Sequence record: SRR33789315_132
Direction: 5' to 3' (one strand)
Length of the DNA: 64,000 nucleotides
The notes under the pieces: model-generated
What the model was told of the DNA's origin: nothing
Seen by the model: the letters and a program-made list of their open reading frames with translations, nothing else
Database searches by the model: none
In this document: positions 39,757 through 50,141 of the stretch, one piece after another
Layout: the number at the start of each line of letters is the position of its first letter
Position numbering within the stretch: the first letter of the stretch is position 1
Position numbers and translations under genes: made by a program

Positions 39757-41289
39757 ATGAAACGCGTTTCTCAACATCGTCGTCCACGCATTCTTGGACT
39801 TATCATCCTTAGCGCTGCGCTCAGTGCTTGCCTGAGTGCGGGGCCAGATTATGTCCCGCCCGAGCTCGCAGTGCCGCCGCAATGGCAAGACTTGAATCCT
39901 AGCGCGAATGGGTCCGCCGATAATTCCCTGCGCCGCGATGGCGAAACGCTATCGATGTTGGAGGGCTTCGCGCTGTTCCAAGAGGACAGTCTTACTGATC
40001 TTCAACAACGCGCCTTGGCGAATAACCAAGACTTGCAGATAGCGTTGGTGCGTTTCGCCCAGAGCCGATTGCAGCGCAGTGCTGTATCGGCACAAACTCA
40101 AGCACAACTGGCCGTGAGTGGGGCGGCGACGCAGCAGCGCCAGAGCGAATCAGGAACTGCAACACGCCTATTGGGCGCCATTGCCCAGCCGGGTCAAACC
40201 CAAGACTTAATCGATTTCATCAGCGATCCTTTTGAGCTCTATCAGATTGGCTTCGATGCCTCTTGGGAGCCAGACCTGTGGGGCCGAGTAAGCCGCAGTA
40301 TCGAGGCCGCCGACGCGAGGGTAGATCTTGCGCAGGCCAATCTTGCACAGTGGCAACTGGGCTTATTGTCAGAAGTAGCGCGGCATTATTTCGAGCTGCG
40401 AGGGGCGCAGAATCAAGCGCAATTTTTACAGCAGGATCTTGACCGTAACTCTCAGAAATTAACGTTGCTTGAGGCGCGTGAAAGTGCAGGATTAGACAAT
40501 GCATTAGAGCGCGAGCAACAACAGGTAGTACTAGCGGAGCTGCGCAGTAGGCAGTCATCTCTAGTGGAGCAACAGTCCCGTTCACTGAACGCCTTGAGCC
40601 TGTTGCTTGGGCAGACACCCGGCAGCCTTGCTGGCGAATTAGCCAGTACGCAGATCTGGACGGTCGCCGCCATGCCAGACCTTGCACTCGGTGTGCCGAG
40701 CGATGTGGTGAATACACGGCCAGACATCCAAGCCAGTGAAGCACGCCTGCGGGATGCAACCGCGCAGATCGGCATCGCTCAAGCGGATCTGTACCCACGC
40801 ATTACCCTCAGTGCTGGCCTTGGCTTAGAGACACTCGAGAGTAGCGAGCTAAGTGATTGGGGTAGCAGGCAGTGGTCCATAGGGCCCCATTTTAGCCTGC
40901 CGCTGTTCGATCAAGGGCGACGCAAGACAGCCATTGCGCTGCGCGAGTTACAGCAGCAAGAAGCGGCCATCGCCTATCAACAAGTGGTGCTCAGTGCCTG
41001 GCATGAGGTCGACAATTCTCTGGCTCGCTATAGCGCCGAGCGCCAGCTGCGCGAAGAGTTGCAGGACAAGCTTGCCCACCAACAACGGGCGTTGACACTT
41101 GCTCAGGCAAGCTATCGCAACGGCATGACTAACTATTTGACGCCGTTAAATCTAGAGCAGGCTGTGGCCAATGTGCAGCGCGAACTCAGCCAGAGCGACA
41201 CGCGTTTAGCGCTGAACCTTGTGGCGCTGTTTAAGGCATTGGGCCGAGCGGAGCCAATCACGTCGGCGACACTTGCACCAACGCCATGA
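39757..41289 (+). CDS. Outer membrane efflux lipoprotein (NodT/OprM family)
   Basis: Lipobox LSAC, GPDY, WEPDLWGR, RPDI, ADLYP, LFKALG. Confidence 0.92.
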   Translation: MKRVSQHRRPRILGLIILSAALSACLSAGPDYVPPELAVPPQWQDLNPSANGSADNSLRRDGETLSMLEGFALFQEDSLTDLQQRALANNQDLQIALVRFAQSRLQRSAVSAQTQAQLAVSGAATQQRQSESGTATRLLGAIAQPGQTQDLIDFISDPFELYQIGFDASWEPDLWGRVSRSIEAADARVDLAQANLAQWQLGLLSEVARHYFELRGAQNQAQFLQQDLDRNSQKLTLLEARESAGLDNALEREQQQVVLAELRSRQSSLVEQQSRSLNALSLLLGQTPGSLAGELASTQIWTVAAMPDLALGVPSDVVNTRPDIQASEARLRDATAQIGIAQADLYPRITLSAGLGLETLESSELSDWGSRQWSIGPHFSLPLFDQGRRKTAIALRELQQQEAAIAYQQVVLSAWHEVDNSLARYSAERQLREELQDKLAHQQRALTLAQASYRNGMTNYLTPLNLEQAVANVQRELSQSDTRLALNLVALFKALGRAEPITSATLAPTP

Positions 41290-41358
41290 CAAGGCCAAAA
41301 TCTTTGCTATGCTCATAGCAGCGATTAAGACCTTTGACCCCCTCGACGCGAGTGCAAC

Positions 41359-41877
41359 ATGAACAACACGCTCTACACATTGAGCCAGCAAATTGGTGAA
41401 CGGCTCCTCAGAAACGGCTGGAAAATGAGCACTGCGGAGTCTTGCACTGGCGGCTGGGTTGCCCGATGCATCACGGATGTTGCCGGGAGCTCGCAGTGGT
41501 TCGAGAGCGGTTTCGTCACCTATTCCAACGCGGCAAAGCAGCGCCAGTTAAATGTGCCCGCGCAGTATTTCACAGGGCCGAAGGCGCCGGGGGCGGTCAG
41601 TGCCGAGACTGTTATCGCCATGGCGCAAGGCGCGTTGGCCGCCTCGGGTGCGCAGTTTGCCGTTGCCACGAGCGGTATCGCTGGCCCCGGGGGTGGTAGT
41701 ATCGACAAGCCCGTTGGAACAGTCTGGATTGCGTGGGCATGGACCCTAGGGCAGGGCAATATCGACAGCGTTGCCCAGGTGCAATTATTCAAGGGTGATC
41801 GTGAGGCGGTGCGCCTGCATAGTGTTGAAGTGGCACTATCTGGCCTGTTAAAAGTGCTAGACGAGCAGGCGGCATAG
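41359..41877 (+). CDS. cinA: CinA/PncC nicotinamide-mononucleotide deamidase
   Basis: TAESCTGG, GSS.WF..GFVTYSN.AK, GAVS, SGIAGP.GG...KPVGTV; upstream of recA. Confidence 0.93.
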   Translation: MNNTLYTLSQQIGERLLRNGWKMSTAESCTGGWVARCITDVAGSSQWFESGFVTYSNAAKQRQLNVPAQYFTGPKAPGAVSAETVIAMAQGALAASGAQFAVATSGIAGPGGGSIDKPVGTVWIAWAWTLGQGNIDSVAQVQLFKGDREAVRLHSVEVALSGLLKVLDEQAA

Positions 41878-41932
41878 TGTGCAAAGCCTTATAATTGGCC
41901 ACCTGAAGGGGTGTATAAAGAATTTTTACATC

Positions 41933-41952
41933 TACTGGTTGTATATACAGTA
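41933..41952. promoter_or_regulatory. LexA (SOS) box of recA
   Basis: TACTGGTTGTATATACAGTA = CTG-N10-CAG. Confidence 0.9.
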
Positions 41953-42076
41953 ATACTTTGTTTTAATAATCCGCAATTGAAAACCAGTCCTCCTGACTTG
42001 GAACAGCGAACGAGACGAACACTGTTTAACCGAACCCGCTAGGTCGCCGGATCAGTTGAGTCTAAAGGAAAACATT

Positions 42077-43141
42077 ATGGCCGTAGAAGCGCAGAAAGAC
42101 AGCAACCGAGAGAAAGCCCTAACCGCCGCGCTATCGCAGATAGAGCGTCAATTCGGTAAAGGCTCCATGATGCGCCTTGGTGACAAGGGCAAAGAAGCCA
42201 TTCCCTCTATTTCGACTGGCTCACTGGGCTTGGATATCGCCTTGGGTATTGGCGGTCTGCCGCGAGGCCGCATCGTCGAGATTTACGGACCGGAGTCTTC
42301 CGGTAAAACCACGCTGACTCTGCAAGTGATTGCTGAGTGCCAACGCAATGGCGGCACTTGCGCCTTCATCGACGCGGAGCATGCCCTTGACCCAATCTAT
42401 GCTGGCAACCTCGGGGTGGACGTTGAAAACCTATTAGTCAGCCAACCCGATACGGGCGAGCAAGCCTTGGAGATCTGCGACATGATCGTGCGCTCCGGCG
42501 CAGTCGATGTTGTGGTAATCGACTCAGTCGCCGCCCTAACTCCGAAGGCGGAAATCGAAGGCGACATGGGCGATAGCCACATGGGTCTGCAGGCGCGTTT
42601 GATGTCACAGGCGCTGCGCAAGATGACGGGTAATATCAAGAACTCCAACACCTTGGTGATCTTCATTAACCAAATCCGTATGAAGATTGGCGTGATGTTC
42701 GGCTCGCCCGAAACCACCACTGGCGGTAACGCCTTGAAGTTCTACGCCTCCGTCCGCTTGGACATCCGCCGCATCGGTTCCATCAAGGAAGGCGATGAAG
42801 TGGTGGGCAGCGAGACGCGCGTGAAAGTGGTCAAGAACAAGGTAGCGCCACCCTTCAGGCAGACCGAGTTCCAGATTATGTATGGCACCGGTATCTACCG
42901 CATGGGCGAGGTCATCGATCTTGGCGTGAAGCTCAATCTCGTCGACAAATCCGGTGCGTGGTATGCCTATAACGGCGAGAAGATTGGCCAGGGCAAGAAG
43001 AATGCCGCCAATTATCTGGAAGAGAATCCTGCCATCGCGAAGGAGATCGAAGACAAGATTCGCGTGCAATCACTAGGCGGCGCCGTCTTGGAAAGCGAGG
43101 ATGCGATAGTGGAAGCAGACGAGGTCGATGAGTTCGAGTAG
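42077..43141 (+). CDS. recA: Recombinase A
   Basis: [48 protein letters not shown] 42077 follows AAGGA. Confidence 0.99.
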   Translation: MAVEAQKDSNREKALTAALSQIERQFGKGSMMRLGDKGKEAIPSISTGSLGLDIALGIGGLPRGRIVEIYGPESSGKTTLTLQVIAECQRNGGTCAFIDAEHALDPIYAGNLGVDVENLLVSQPDTGEQALEICDMIVRSGAVDVVVIDSVAALTPKAEIEGDMGDSHMGLQARLMSQALRKMTGNIKNSNTLVIFINQIRMKIGVMFGSPETTTGGNALKFYASVRLDIRRIGSIKEGDEVVGSETRVKVVKNKVAPPFRQTEFQIMYGTGIYRMGEVIDLGVKLNLVDKSGAWYAYNGEKIGQGKKNAANYLEENPAIAKEIEDKIRVQSLGGAVLESEDAIVEADEVDEFE

Positions 43142-43173
43142 TCGTCCTGCCTCTCTCGCACTAGGGGTCGCTC

Positions 43174-43653
43174 ATGTCTGCCGAAGCAGAAAAAGCCCTT
43201 AAAACAACCTTGCGGCGTTCCGCTATGGACTACCTAGCGCGCCGCGAGCACTCCCGCGCAGAACTCTATGAGAAGTTGCTGCGCAAATACCCCGAGCACG
43301 AAGACCCCATTAGCCCCGTGCTCGATCAGCTCGAGCACGACAACCTGCTCAGCGACGAGCGCTTCGCAGAAGCTTATATTCGTTATCGCCGTAATCGTGG
43401 CTTCGGCCCGCTCCTGATTACGCAGGAGCTCCGTGGCAAGGGCGTTAGCAATGCCCTGTTGGAAATCTACCTCGAAAGCCATGACCCCGAGTGGCGCGAC
43501 AGTCTAATAGCGCTTATCGAGCGTAAGACTAGGGGGAAGGCGAGCATCGAGGGGGACATGAAAGCCCGGCAAAAGCTATTCCGTTTTTGTCTCTCGCGCG
43601 GGTTTAGCGCCGATCAGATTGGTCGGGCTCTGCGTAGCGATCTTGAGTTATAA
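43174..43653 (+). CDS. recX: Regulatory protein RecX
   Basis: LARREHS..EL, LSD.RFAE, RGFGP..I.QEL..KG, RGF. Confidence 0.95.
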   Translation: MSAEAEKALKTTLRRSAMDYLARREHSRAELYEKLLRKYPEHEDPISPVLDQLEHDNLLSDERFAEAYIRYRRNRGFGPLLITQELRGKGVSNALLEIYLESHDPEWRDSLIALIERKTRGKASIEGDMKARQKLFRFCLSRGFSADQIGRALRSDLEL

Positions 43654-43725
43654 TCCCACCACAATTTAGGCAGATAAGGCGGTGCATAGTGCGCCATGCC
43701 GAGCCAATGGGCGAGGACTCACCAC

Positions 43726-44427
43726 ATGAACCTAGCGTTTCTGGTATCTCGAACACTGCACAGGGCGGGTTCCTTGCTGCCTGTGGCTATGCTATTGACC
43801 AGTTTTAGTTTGCCAAGCCATGCCGCAGAGTTACACATTGCCCTGCAAGACGCCGAGACCGGTCTTGCCCTAGAAGACGCTGTGGTGGAAGTTTTGCTCC
43901 CCCTCGGACAACAAGCAAACTATAGTGCCGCAGCCACCTACAGCGTGGATCAGGTTGAGAAAGAGTTTGTGGCCAATGTCACCGTCATCCCGCTTGGCAG
44001 CCGCGTGAACTTTCCTAATAGCGACGATATTCTGCACCATGTCTATTCATTTTCCCCCGCAAAAGTCTTCGAACTGCCCCTTTATGGCAATGGTCAGAAT
44101 ATTAATTATTCAGAGCTATTTGAGCAGGCAGGGGTAGTGGAGATCGGCTGTAATATTCACGACTGGATGTTGGGCTATATCTATGTGGCACAGACTCGCT
44201 TAGCCGTTAAAACCGACGCGAATGGACAGGCCGTCATCGCCGATGTGCCGGCCGGAGAGTATACCGTCAGGATATGGCATGCCCGCGCTCCTGCGGACAG
44301 CCTAGAGTTGGAACAGCGCGTAAGTTTCGACGATGCCCAACCGAGTTCCTTGCGCATGGCGCTTACATTAGATCGAGACAATCGCCTGCGCAGGGCGCCG
44401 AATGTCTCGAGGACGCGCTATCGATGA
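43726..44427 (+). CDS. Exported cupredoxin-domain protein
   Basis: Signal peptide; FPNSD...HHVYSFS..K.FEL.LY; GCNIHDWM (candidate type-1 Cu ligands); C-terminal Ig-like segment. Confidence 0.82.
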   Translation: MNLAFLVSRTLHRAGSLLPVAMLLTSFSLPSHAAELHIALQDAETGLALEDAVVEVLLPLGQQANYSAAATYSVDQVEKEFVANVTVIPLGSRVNFPNSDDILHHVYSFSPAKVFELPLYGNGQNINYSELFEQAGVVEIGCNIHDWMLGYIYVAQTRLAVKTDANGQAVIADVPAGEYTVRIWHARAPADSLELEQRVSFDDAQPSSLRMALTLDRDNRLRRAPNVSRTRYR

Positions 44428-44443
44428 GGTCCTCGCTGCCGTG

Positions 44444-46429
44444 ATGGCATTCTTCTCGTTCCGCAGTTTTCGAACCCGCTTACTGGTGTTCCTATTAGCG
44501 CTGTTATTACCGGTGCTACTAGGCATCTATGTTTTTGTGAATCAGGAGAATGATCAGTACACCACTGACACGATCGATAGCTATCTTGAGCTAGGGGCCG
44601 ACGTATTCGACTTCACACGAGAGGAGCATAAGAACACACTACTCACGATTACCAGCACCATGACAAGGGATTGGGGCTTTCGCAATGCCTTCGGCACCGG
44701 TGACCCCTATACCATCATCGATGCAGCGGACAATATTCTGCTGCGCTCCTTAGGTGCGGCGGACATGATGTTGATCTCCTCTATGGACGGAGAGGTCATA
44801 ATCGACACCAAGATCCAGGGCTTCGAGAGGCTCGAAGGGGAATGGCTAGCCTTGATGAACGAGGCCGCGCAGAGCGATACCGGCATTGGTGATGCCATCA
44901 TTAATGTGCAAGGCGTACCCTATCAGATCACCGTGATTCCCTTATTCCTACCCACTCCCGTGGCATGGATTTTCGGAGGCTTTCCCCTCGATAACGACTT
45001 CACCGATACGGTCAAGCAGAGCATCGTCTCGGATGTATCGATTGTGGAGTATCGCAGTGCTCTCAGCGCAGAAGAGGACCCTAATTTTAACGGATCTCGA
45101 GTAGAGGTTATTGCCTCGACACTGAGCCCAGTCGATCAAACCAGGTTGACCGATCAACTCCAAGTGACAGGACTCACCTATAACGATACGCAGCGCATCA
45201 TGTTGGAAGACGGTGAGTACGGAACGCTCATGCGTTACTTGTACGGCGAGCCAGGTGCTCCACTGCAGATCGTGGCGGTAATCCAGAAGTCCTATAACGA
45301 GAATATCGAGAACTTGGAAGCGTTTCAGCGTGTCCTGCTGCGCTTCTATTTGGGAGTACTCGCCCTAAGTTTGCTCGCTGTTATCTTTCTGGCCCGCTCA
45401 GTCACCAGGCCAATCCTCGACCTAGCAGTGCGCGTTAAGCACATCGAGGATGGCGACTACGGTCAGTCCGTGCGGATCAAAGGCAAGGATGAGATTAGCC
45501 AATTGGCCGGCTCGGTGAATAACATGGCACTAGGACTAGCCGAGAAAGAGAAGGTGCGCGACCTGTTGGGCAAAGTGGTGTCCCATGAGATTGCCGAAGA
45601 ACTGCTAAGTAAGAAGATCGAACTCGGCGGGGAAGAGAAAATTGTGACGGTGCTATTCGCCGATATTAAAGGCTTCACGACTCTTTGTGAGACCTCCGCG
45701 CCGCAAGCCGTTCTAACCCTCTTGAACCGCTACCTGAGTGAGATTACCAAAGTGATCGAAGACCATCATGGCGTGGTCGACAAATACACAGGCGATTCGG
45801 TGATGGCCCTATTCGGTGCGCCATTGACCCGTGACAATGATGCGCACAATGCCGTAAGCGCCGCTCTGGCCATTCAGGAATGCATGGTGGAGCTAAATCG
45901 CGTCAATAGCGCCGAGGGCATGGCATTGATGGAGGCGGGCATCGGTATTCACACGGGCCTTGTAGTCGCGGGCAATCTTGGTTCACAGAACCGCTTGAAC
46001 TACACGGTAATCGGTGACTCAGTGAACCTCTCTGCGCGCCTTGAAGGCTTAACGCGCATCTATAACATCCCGAATATCGTCAGCGAGACCTGTCGCCAGC
46101 ATGCACCAGAGTTCGTTTATCAGGAACTTGACCTCGTGCAGGTTGCGGGTAAAAGTGAGCCTGTTAGAATCTACCAAGTGATTGGGGCGAAGGACGAGGT
46201 ATCGCTGCAGCAGCACGAGAAGATGCGTGCGTTTGCAGATGCCTTAGCGTCGTATCGTGCCCAGCATTGGGAACTAGCGACGCAGAAGTTTGCAGCACTC
46301 CAAGAGGCCTTACCAGAGGACGTACGCACTGAGAGCCTCTACTCGGTGTATCTGGACCGCATAAGCACTCTACAAAAACGCAATTTGCCGGCAGATTGGG
46401 ATGCCGTCTTTAATTTCGATCGTAAATAA
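44444..46429 (+). CDS. Membrane class III adenylate cyclase with periplasmic sensor and HAMP
   Basis: 2 TM, HAMP (DEI..L....N.M), FADIKGFT, DKYTGD.VMA.FG, YTVIGD.VN..ARLE. Confidence 0.92.
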   Translation: MAFFSFRSFRTRLLVFLLALLLPVLLGIYVFVNQENDQYTTDTIDSYLELGADVFDFTREEHKNTLLTITSTMTRDWGFRNAFGTGDPYTIIDAADNILLRSLGAADMMLISSMDGEVIIDTKIQGFERLEGEWLALMNEAAQSDTGIGDAIINVQGVPYQITVIPLFLPTPVAWIFGGFPLDNDFTDTVKQSIVSDVSIVEYRSALSAEEDPNFNGSRVEVIASTLSPVDQTRLTDQLQVTGLTYNDTQRIMLEDGEYGTLMRYLYGEPGAPLQIVAVIQKSYNENIENLEAFQRVLLRFYLGVLALSLLAVIFLARSVTRPILDLAVRVKHIEDGDYGQSVRIKGKDEISQLAGSVNNMALGLAEKEKVRDLLGKVVSHEIAEELLSKKIELGGEEKIVTVLFADIKGFTTLCETSAPQAVLTLLNRYLSEITKVIEDHHGVVDKYTGDSVMALFGAPLTRDNDAHNAVSAALAIQECMVELNRVNSAEGMALMEAGIGIHTGLVVAGNLGSQNRLNYTVIGDSVNLSARLEGLTRIYNIPNIVSETCRQHAPEFVYQELDLVQVAGKSEPVRIYQVIGAKDEVSLQQHEKMRAFADALASYRAQHWELATQKFAALQEALPEDVRTESLYSVYLDRISTLQKRNLPADWDAVFNFDRK

Positions 46430-46462
46430 GCCCAAAGAATTGTGACTCAACAAGGACCCGAC

Positions 46463-47707
46463 ATGAAGTTGATTAGACCGTTCAACGCCCTAAGACCAAT
46501 ACCAGAACTCGCTGCGCGTGTCGCCGCGCCTCCCTATGACGTGCTCAATCGTGAAGAGGCCTTCGAGATGGCCACAGGCAATGACGTCAGCTTCTTGCGC
46601 ATCAACAAGCCAGAGATCGATGTGGACACGGCCATCGATGTATACGACCCACGGGTGTACGAGCGCGGCGCCCACAATCTGCAGAAATTTATCGACAAGG
46701 GCATCATGAAGCGCGACGCAAGCAACTGCTTCTATGTTTATAAACAAGTGATGGGCAAACACGCCCAGGTGGGTCTTGTGGCCGCCGCCTCCGTTGCCGC
46801 GTACGAGCAAGACCTCATTAAGAAGCATGAGTTTACGCGTCCTGATAAAGAGGATGATCGCGTTAACCACATCAATACACTCAGCGCCCAAGTAGGCCCG
46901 GTATTCTTGACCTATCGTGCCAAGCCCGAGATCGATGCCTTGATCAGCGGCGTTACCGCTACCACACCAGAATATGATTTCGTGGCCGAGGATGGCAACC
47001 AACACGTGCTGTGGGTAGTGTCAGACCAGGCGCTTGTAGCAAAGATTCAAGCAGAGTTCGATAAAGTCGACTGCCTCTATGTGGCCGATGGTCACCACCG
47101 TTCTGCTGCCGCGCAGCGTGTGAAAGACTTGCGCAAGAATGCGAATCCTAAGCACACTGGTGAAGAGTCTTATAACTTCTTCTCTACGGTTATTTTCCCT
47201 GACAATCAAATGCAGATTCTGGACTACAACCGCGTAGTGAAAGATTTGAATGGTTTGAAAGTCGATGAGTTCCTCGCGAAGGTTCAAGCCAGCTTCAAAG
47301 TGAAAGAATCTACCAGCGGCGCAGTAAAACCGGCCCATGAACATCAGTTCACCATGTTCCTAGAAGATAAGTGGTATGTGCTCGACGCCATCGAAGGCTT
47401 GTGGGATGAGAACGACCCGGTGCGCAGTTTAGACGTGAGCATTCTGCAAGAGAACTTGTTCCTGCCATTACTGGGAATCGAGGATCAGCGCCGCGACAAG
47501 CGCATCGATTTCGTGGGGGGAATTCGGGGCCTAGGCGCGCTTGAGAAACGCGTGAAGTCAGGGGGATGCAAAGTCGCGTTTGCGATTTACCCAACCTCCA
47601 TCAAGAGCCTGATGGAAGTTTCGGATGCGGGCGAAGTGATGCCCCCGAAGTCCACTTGGTTCGAGCCTAAGCTCAAGAGTGGCCTGTTCGTCCACATCCT
47701 CGACTGA
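46463..47707 (+). CDS. DUF1015 family protein
   Basis: PPYDV, IKKHE.TR, YVADGHHRSA, YNRVV, MPPKSTWFEPKL.SG. Confidence 0.92.
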   Translation: MKLIRPFNALRPIPELAARVAAPPYDVLNREEAFEMATGNDVSFLRINKPEIDVDTAIDVYDPRVYERGAHNLQKFIDKGIMKRDASNCFYVYKQVMGKHAQVGLVAAASVAAYEQDLIKKHEFTRPDKEDDRVNHINTLSAQVGPVFLTYRAKPEIDALISGVTATTPEYDFVAEDGNQHVLWVVSDQALVAKIQAEFDKVDCLYVADGHHRSAAAQRVKDLRKNANPKHTGEESYNFFSTVIFPDNQMQILDYNRVVKDLNGLKVDEFLAKVQASFKVKESTSGAVKPAHEHQFTMFLEDKWYVLDAIEGLWDENDPVRSLDVSILQENLFLPLLGIEDQRRDKRIDFVGGIRGLGALEKRVKSGGCKVAFAIYPTSIKSLMEVSDAGEVMPPKSTWFEPKLKSGLFVHILD

Positions 47708-47709
47708 GT

Positions 47710-48840
47710 TTAGTTCGCAGTCTTTCGATACTCTTCTTGATGCGCGCTTTCCGCGGCATCACGATATTGAGTAGGCGTAATCTTCATGATGTCCTTGAAT
47801 GCCTTATTGAACGAGGACAGGGCAGAGTAGCCAACATCAAAGGCGATGTTGGCGATCTGTTCGCGATGATCCGAAGGCAAAGCTAAGCGCTTACAAGCCT
47901 CCTGAATACGAAACTCGTTTAGGAACTGATTGAAGTTACGATAGCCTAATTGCTTGTTGATCAAGCGGCGTAGTCGGTACTCCTGTATCGTGAGTCGTTT
48001 GGCAAGCTCCCCGATTGTAAGACCCGTTCGCGTGTATAATTTCTCTTGTTTCAATACCTCATAAACCTTCTGAACTAATGCGGGATTATCCACTTTCTGA
48101 ACGGCATTCGGAACGGGGCTTAGATGGCTTTGGAGTTGTTCGCGAGGCAGCCGAATGACCTGCAAGGCATCGCTCTGCAGACGCATACTCGTGATGTTGA
48201 ACACTAGGGTGATTAGGAACATATAGAAGAACAATAACTCCACTGGCATCGGCGTAATCGGGAATGGCAGTAGATAGGCGTAATGGTGAAACGCGACAAC
48301 GAAGCCGCGCACTAGAATCGCGGTAACCAACATGCCCATGGCGACGACGAAGGGCACGCGCATGCGTCGGCGCGATTCCACCAAGTCATTGCTAAGATCC
48401 TGAATGGCCAAGTACACGGCATGGCCACAGAAACCCATCATGATGATTTGGGGAAGCACGTAACTAATCAGATAGAGGGCTTCCAGTGGAGGGGTGTCGC
48501 CGGTGCCGATGTAGGCCCCAATGCCGCGAATAGTGAGATAGAAGGCCATCAAGGCGATGACAGGCTTGGATACCCGTGCATTGTCGACGAATAGATATAG
48601 CGCCAAGAGCCAGAGTGCAGCAGGGCCCATGGTGGCGATACGCATTAAGAGGTAGTCGAGAACAGGATAAACGTTGCCATCGATGAAATGAGTGGCGACA
48701 TAGCAAAACAGACAGAAACTATAGAAGGCTAACAATCGGCCGATCAGTTGTTGGCGGTGATAGATCAGGAAGAACAAGCACATGAAGCTTAGCTGAGAGA
48801 TCGCTAATGCGCCGACGGTATTCAGACTCATACTGAGCAT
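47710..48840 (-). CDS. Membrane-anchored AraC-family regulator
   Basis: N-terminal TM bundle; LTI.ELA..L...EYRLRRLIN..LG.RNFN.FLN..RI, IA...GY..LSSFNKAFK....TP..YR. Confidence 0.9.
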   Translation of the reverse strand: MLSMSLNTVGALAISQLSFMCLFFLIYHRQQLIGRLLAFYSFCLFCYVATHFIDGNVYPVLDYLLMRIATMGPAALWLLALYLFVDNARVSKPVIALMAFYLTIRGIGAYIGTGDTPPLEALYLISYVLPQIIMMGFCGHAVYLAIQDLSNDLVESRRRMRVPFVVAMGMLVTAILVRGFVVAFHHYAYLLPFPITPMPVELLFFYMFLITLVFNITSMRLQSDALQVIRLPREQLQSHLSPVPNAVQKVDNPALVQKVYEVLKQEKLYTRTGLTIGELAKRLTIQEYRLRRLINKQLGYRNFNQFLNEFRIQEACKRLALPSDHREQIANIAFDVGYSALSSFNKAFKDIMKITPTQYRDAAESAHQEEYRKTAN

Positions 48841-48918
48841 GACCCACCTCGTTATTTATAATTATCATTATTGAGAGTTATAAAGCCATGACTTACGCCA
48901 AGATGCAAACAATAAAAA

Positions 48919-48958
48919 TGCCCGACACCTTACGCGGGGTTAACGCAGGTATCGGGCA
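48919..48958 (-). terminator. Intrinsic terminator after the 49961 gene
   Basis: TGCCCGA.ACCT...AGGT.TCGGGCA stem followed by TTTTTATTGTTT on the minus strand. Confidence 0.7.
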
Positions 48959-48989
48959 CTCTCCCAAACTTTACTGCTGTTACTTGCCA

Positions 48990-49961
48990 TTACTCAGAGA
49001 CGATCACCGTGATGTATTCGTCGTGATATAGGCCTCCATCATCGGCACGCCCCCACAGCACATAGGTGCCGGGCTCGTTGAAGGTTACCTCGGTTTCATA
49101 CAGGCCATCCTCAGGTACTGGCGGGGGAGTCCACAATGGTCCCCATGGGGAGTTTGCCGAGGTGCGCGTGTCTTCCCAAGGTTTGATTTGGGGCGGGTCG
49201 AATTCGACTTCTCCCTCGCCGCGATAGACATTCCAAGACAGGAATAACCCGTTTGTCTTGCCAACCGTGACTTGCCGAGGAGGGGTCAACATGCGCTCGC
49301 GACCATCGAGCACCGGACGTGTCAGTGAGGCCGCGCGGGGTTTAGGCAGGCCATCGTCCTCGACTTTCGCCTCTATCTTGAGGGGCTCACCCACGCGTAC
49401 GCGGCGGGTAATCTGATCGCCAGTGCGATCGCCTAATACTGTTAGGGTAGGGGCGATATTAGCGCGTGACTCTGGGCTACTAGTGCCGGCACCTAAGGAG
49501 CCAGTTTCGGAGGCAATCACGACATTGTCCACGACATAGTCGCGAGCTAGCGTAGCATAGGCGGTTTTGGTGACGCCGTTACTCGTGATCGTCCAAGTGA
49601 GTTCTTTATCGCCCCAGTCAGCGGGAACGATTACCTCAAAGGTGAAGCGATTGCGTCGTGGCAGGAAGTGTGTGGGCTGACCACGGTCTGGATTGCCAGG
49701 CTCGAAGAGATTGTCTTCGCCTACAGGGATGTCCAATTCCTCTTCCCAGTTCTCGTTGTGATAGCCAAAGAGGAAGCTGAAAGTCCCGTCATCATTCTCC
49801 CACCATCCTTCATAGGCGGGTTCGATATGCTGGCCTGTCCGATAGGTGTCGGCCTGCGTTGGGGCAACGAGAAACGCAGTAAGTAAGACGGTGAAAAGTA
49901 GAGTTTTAAACCGAGCGAAAGGGGTAACAAAAGCAGGAATTGAAGAATACTGATAAGACAT
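48990..49961 (-). CDS. Exported hypothetical protein with C-terminal PKD/Ig-like domain
   Basis: Signal peptide (PTQA); P.YEGW..N.DG..S..FGY; VTFNEPGTYVL...ADDG. Confidence 0.7.
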   Translation of the reverse strand: MSYQYSSIPAFVTPFARFKTLLFTVLLTAFLVAPTQADTYRTGQHIEPAYEGWWENDDGTFSFLFGYHNENWEEELDIPVGEDNLFEPGNPDRGQPTHFLPRRNRFTFEVIVPADWGDKELTWTITSNGVTKTAYATLARDYVVDNVVIASETGSLGAGTSSPESRANIAPTLTVLGDRTGDQITRRVRVGEPLKIEAKVEDDGLPKPRAASLTRPVLDGRERMLTPPRQVTVGKTNGLFLSWNVYRGEGEVEFDPPQIKPWEDTRTSANSPWGPLWTPPPVPEDGLYETEVTFNEPGTYVLWGRADDGGLYHDEYITVIVSE

Positions 49962-50141
49962 GAAATACCCTCACTTGGTGCATCTTGGCGATTAGCTTGC
50001 CTGCGCACAATTTTTATTGTTTCAGCGGACTAGCTTGTTCGCTGATGAGGGCAAAGTAGCCTGAGGAGGGAAGGGAGTCTGCCGTGAAATGAAAAACATT
50101 TGACGAAATCTGAATATTTGTCAGCTTTGTACAAATGGAAA

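Noticed and set aside
9661-41358. Prophage or tailocin at mutS-cinA
   Set aside because: No tail, baseplate, lysis or integrase genes; the collagens carry Sec signals, unlike phage fibres
42033-42042. AACCCGCTAG matching half of the 24271 palindrome
   Set aside because: A single 10-mer match is plausible by chance
42397-43069. Antisense ORFs in recA; similar ones in mutS, DUF1015, prpB and the efflux genes
   Set aside because: Codon-bias shadows of conserved genes
50081-50123. Imperfect repeats as an AraC site
   Set aside because: Irregular spacing and low information content
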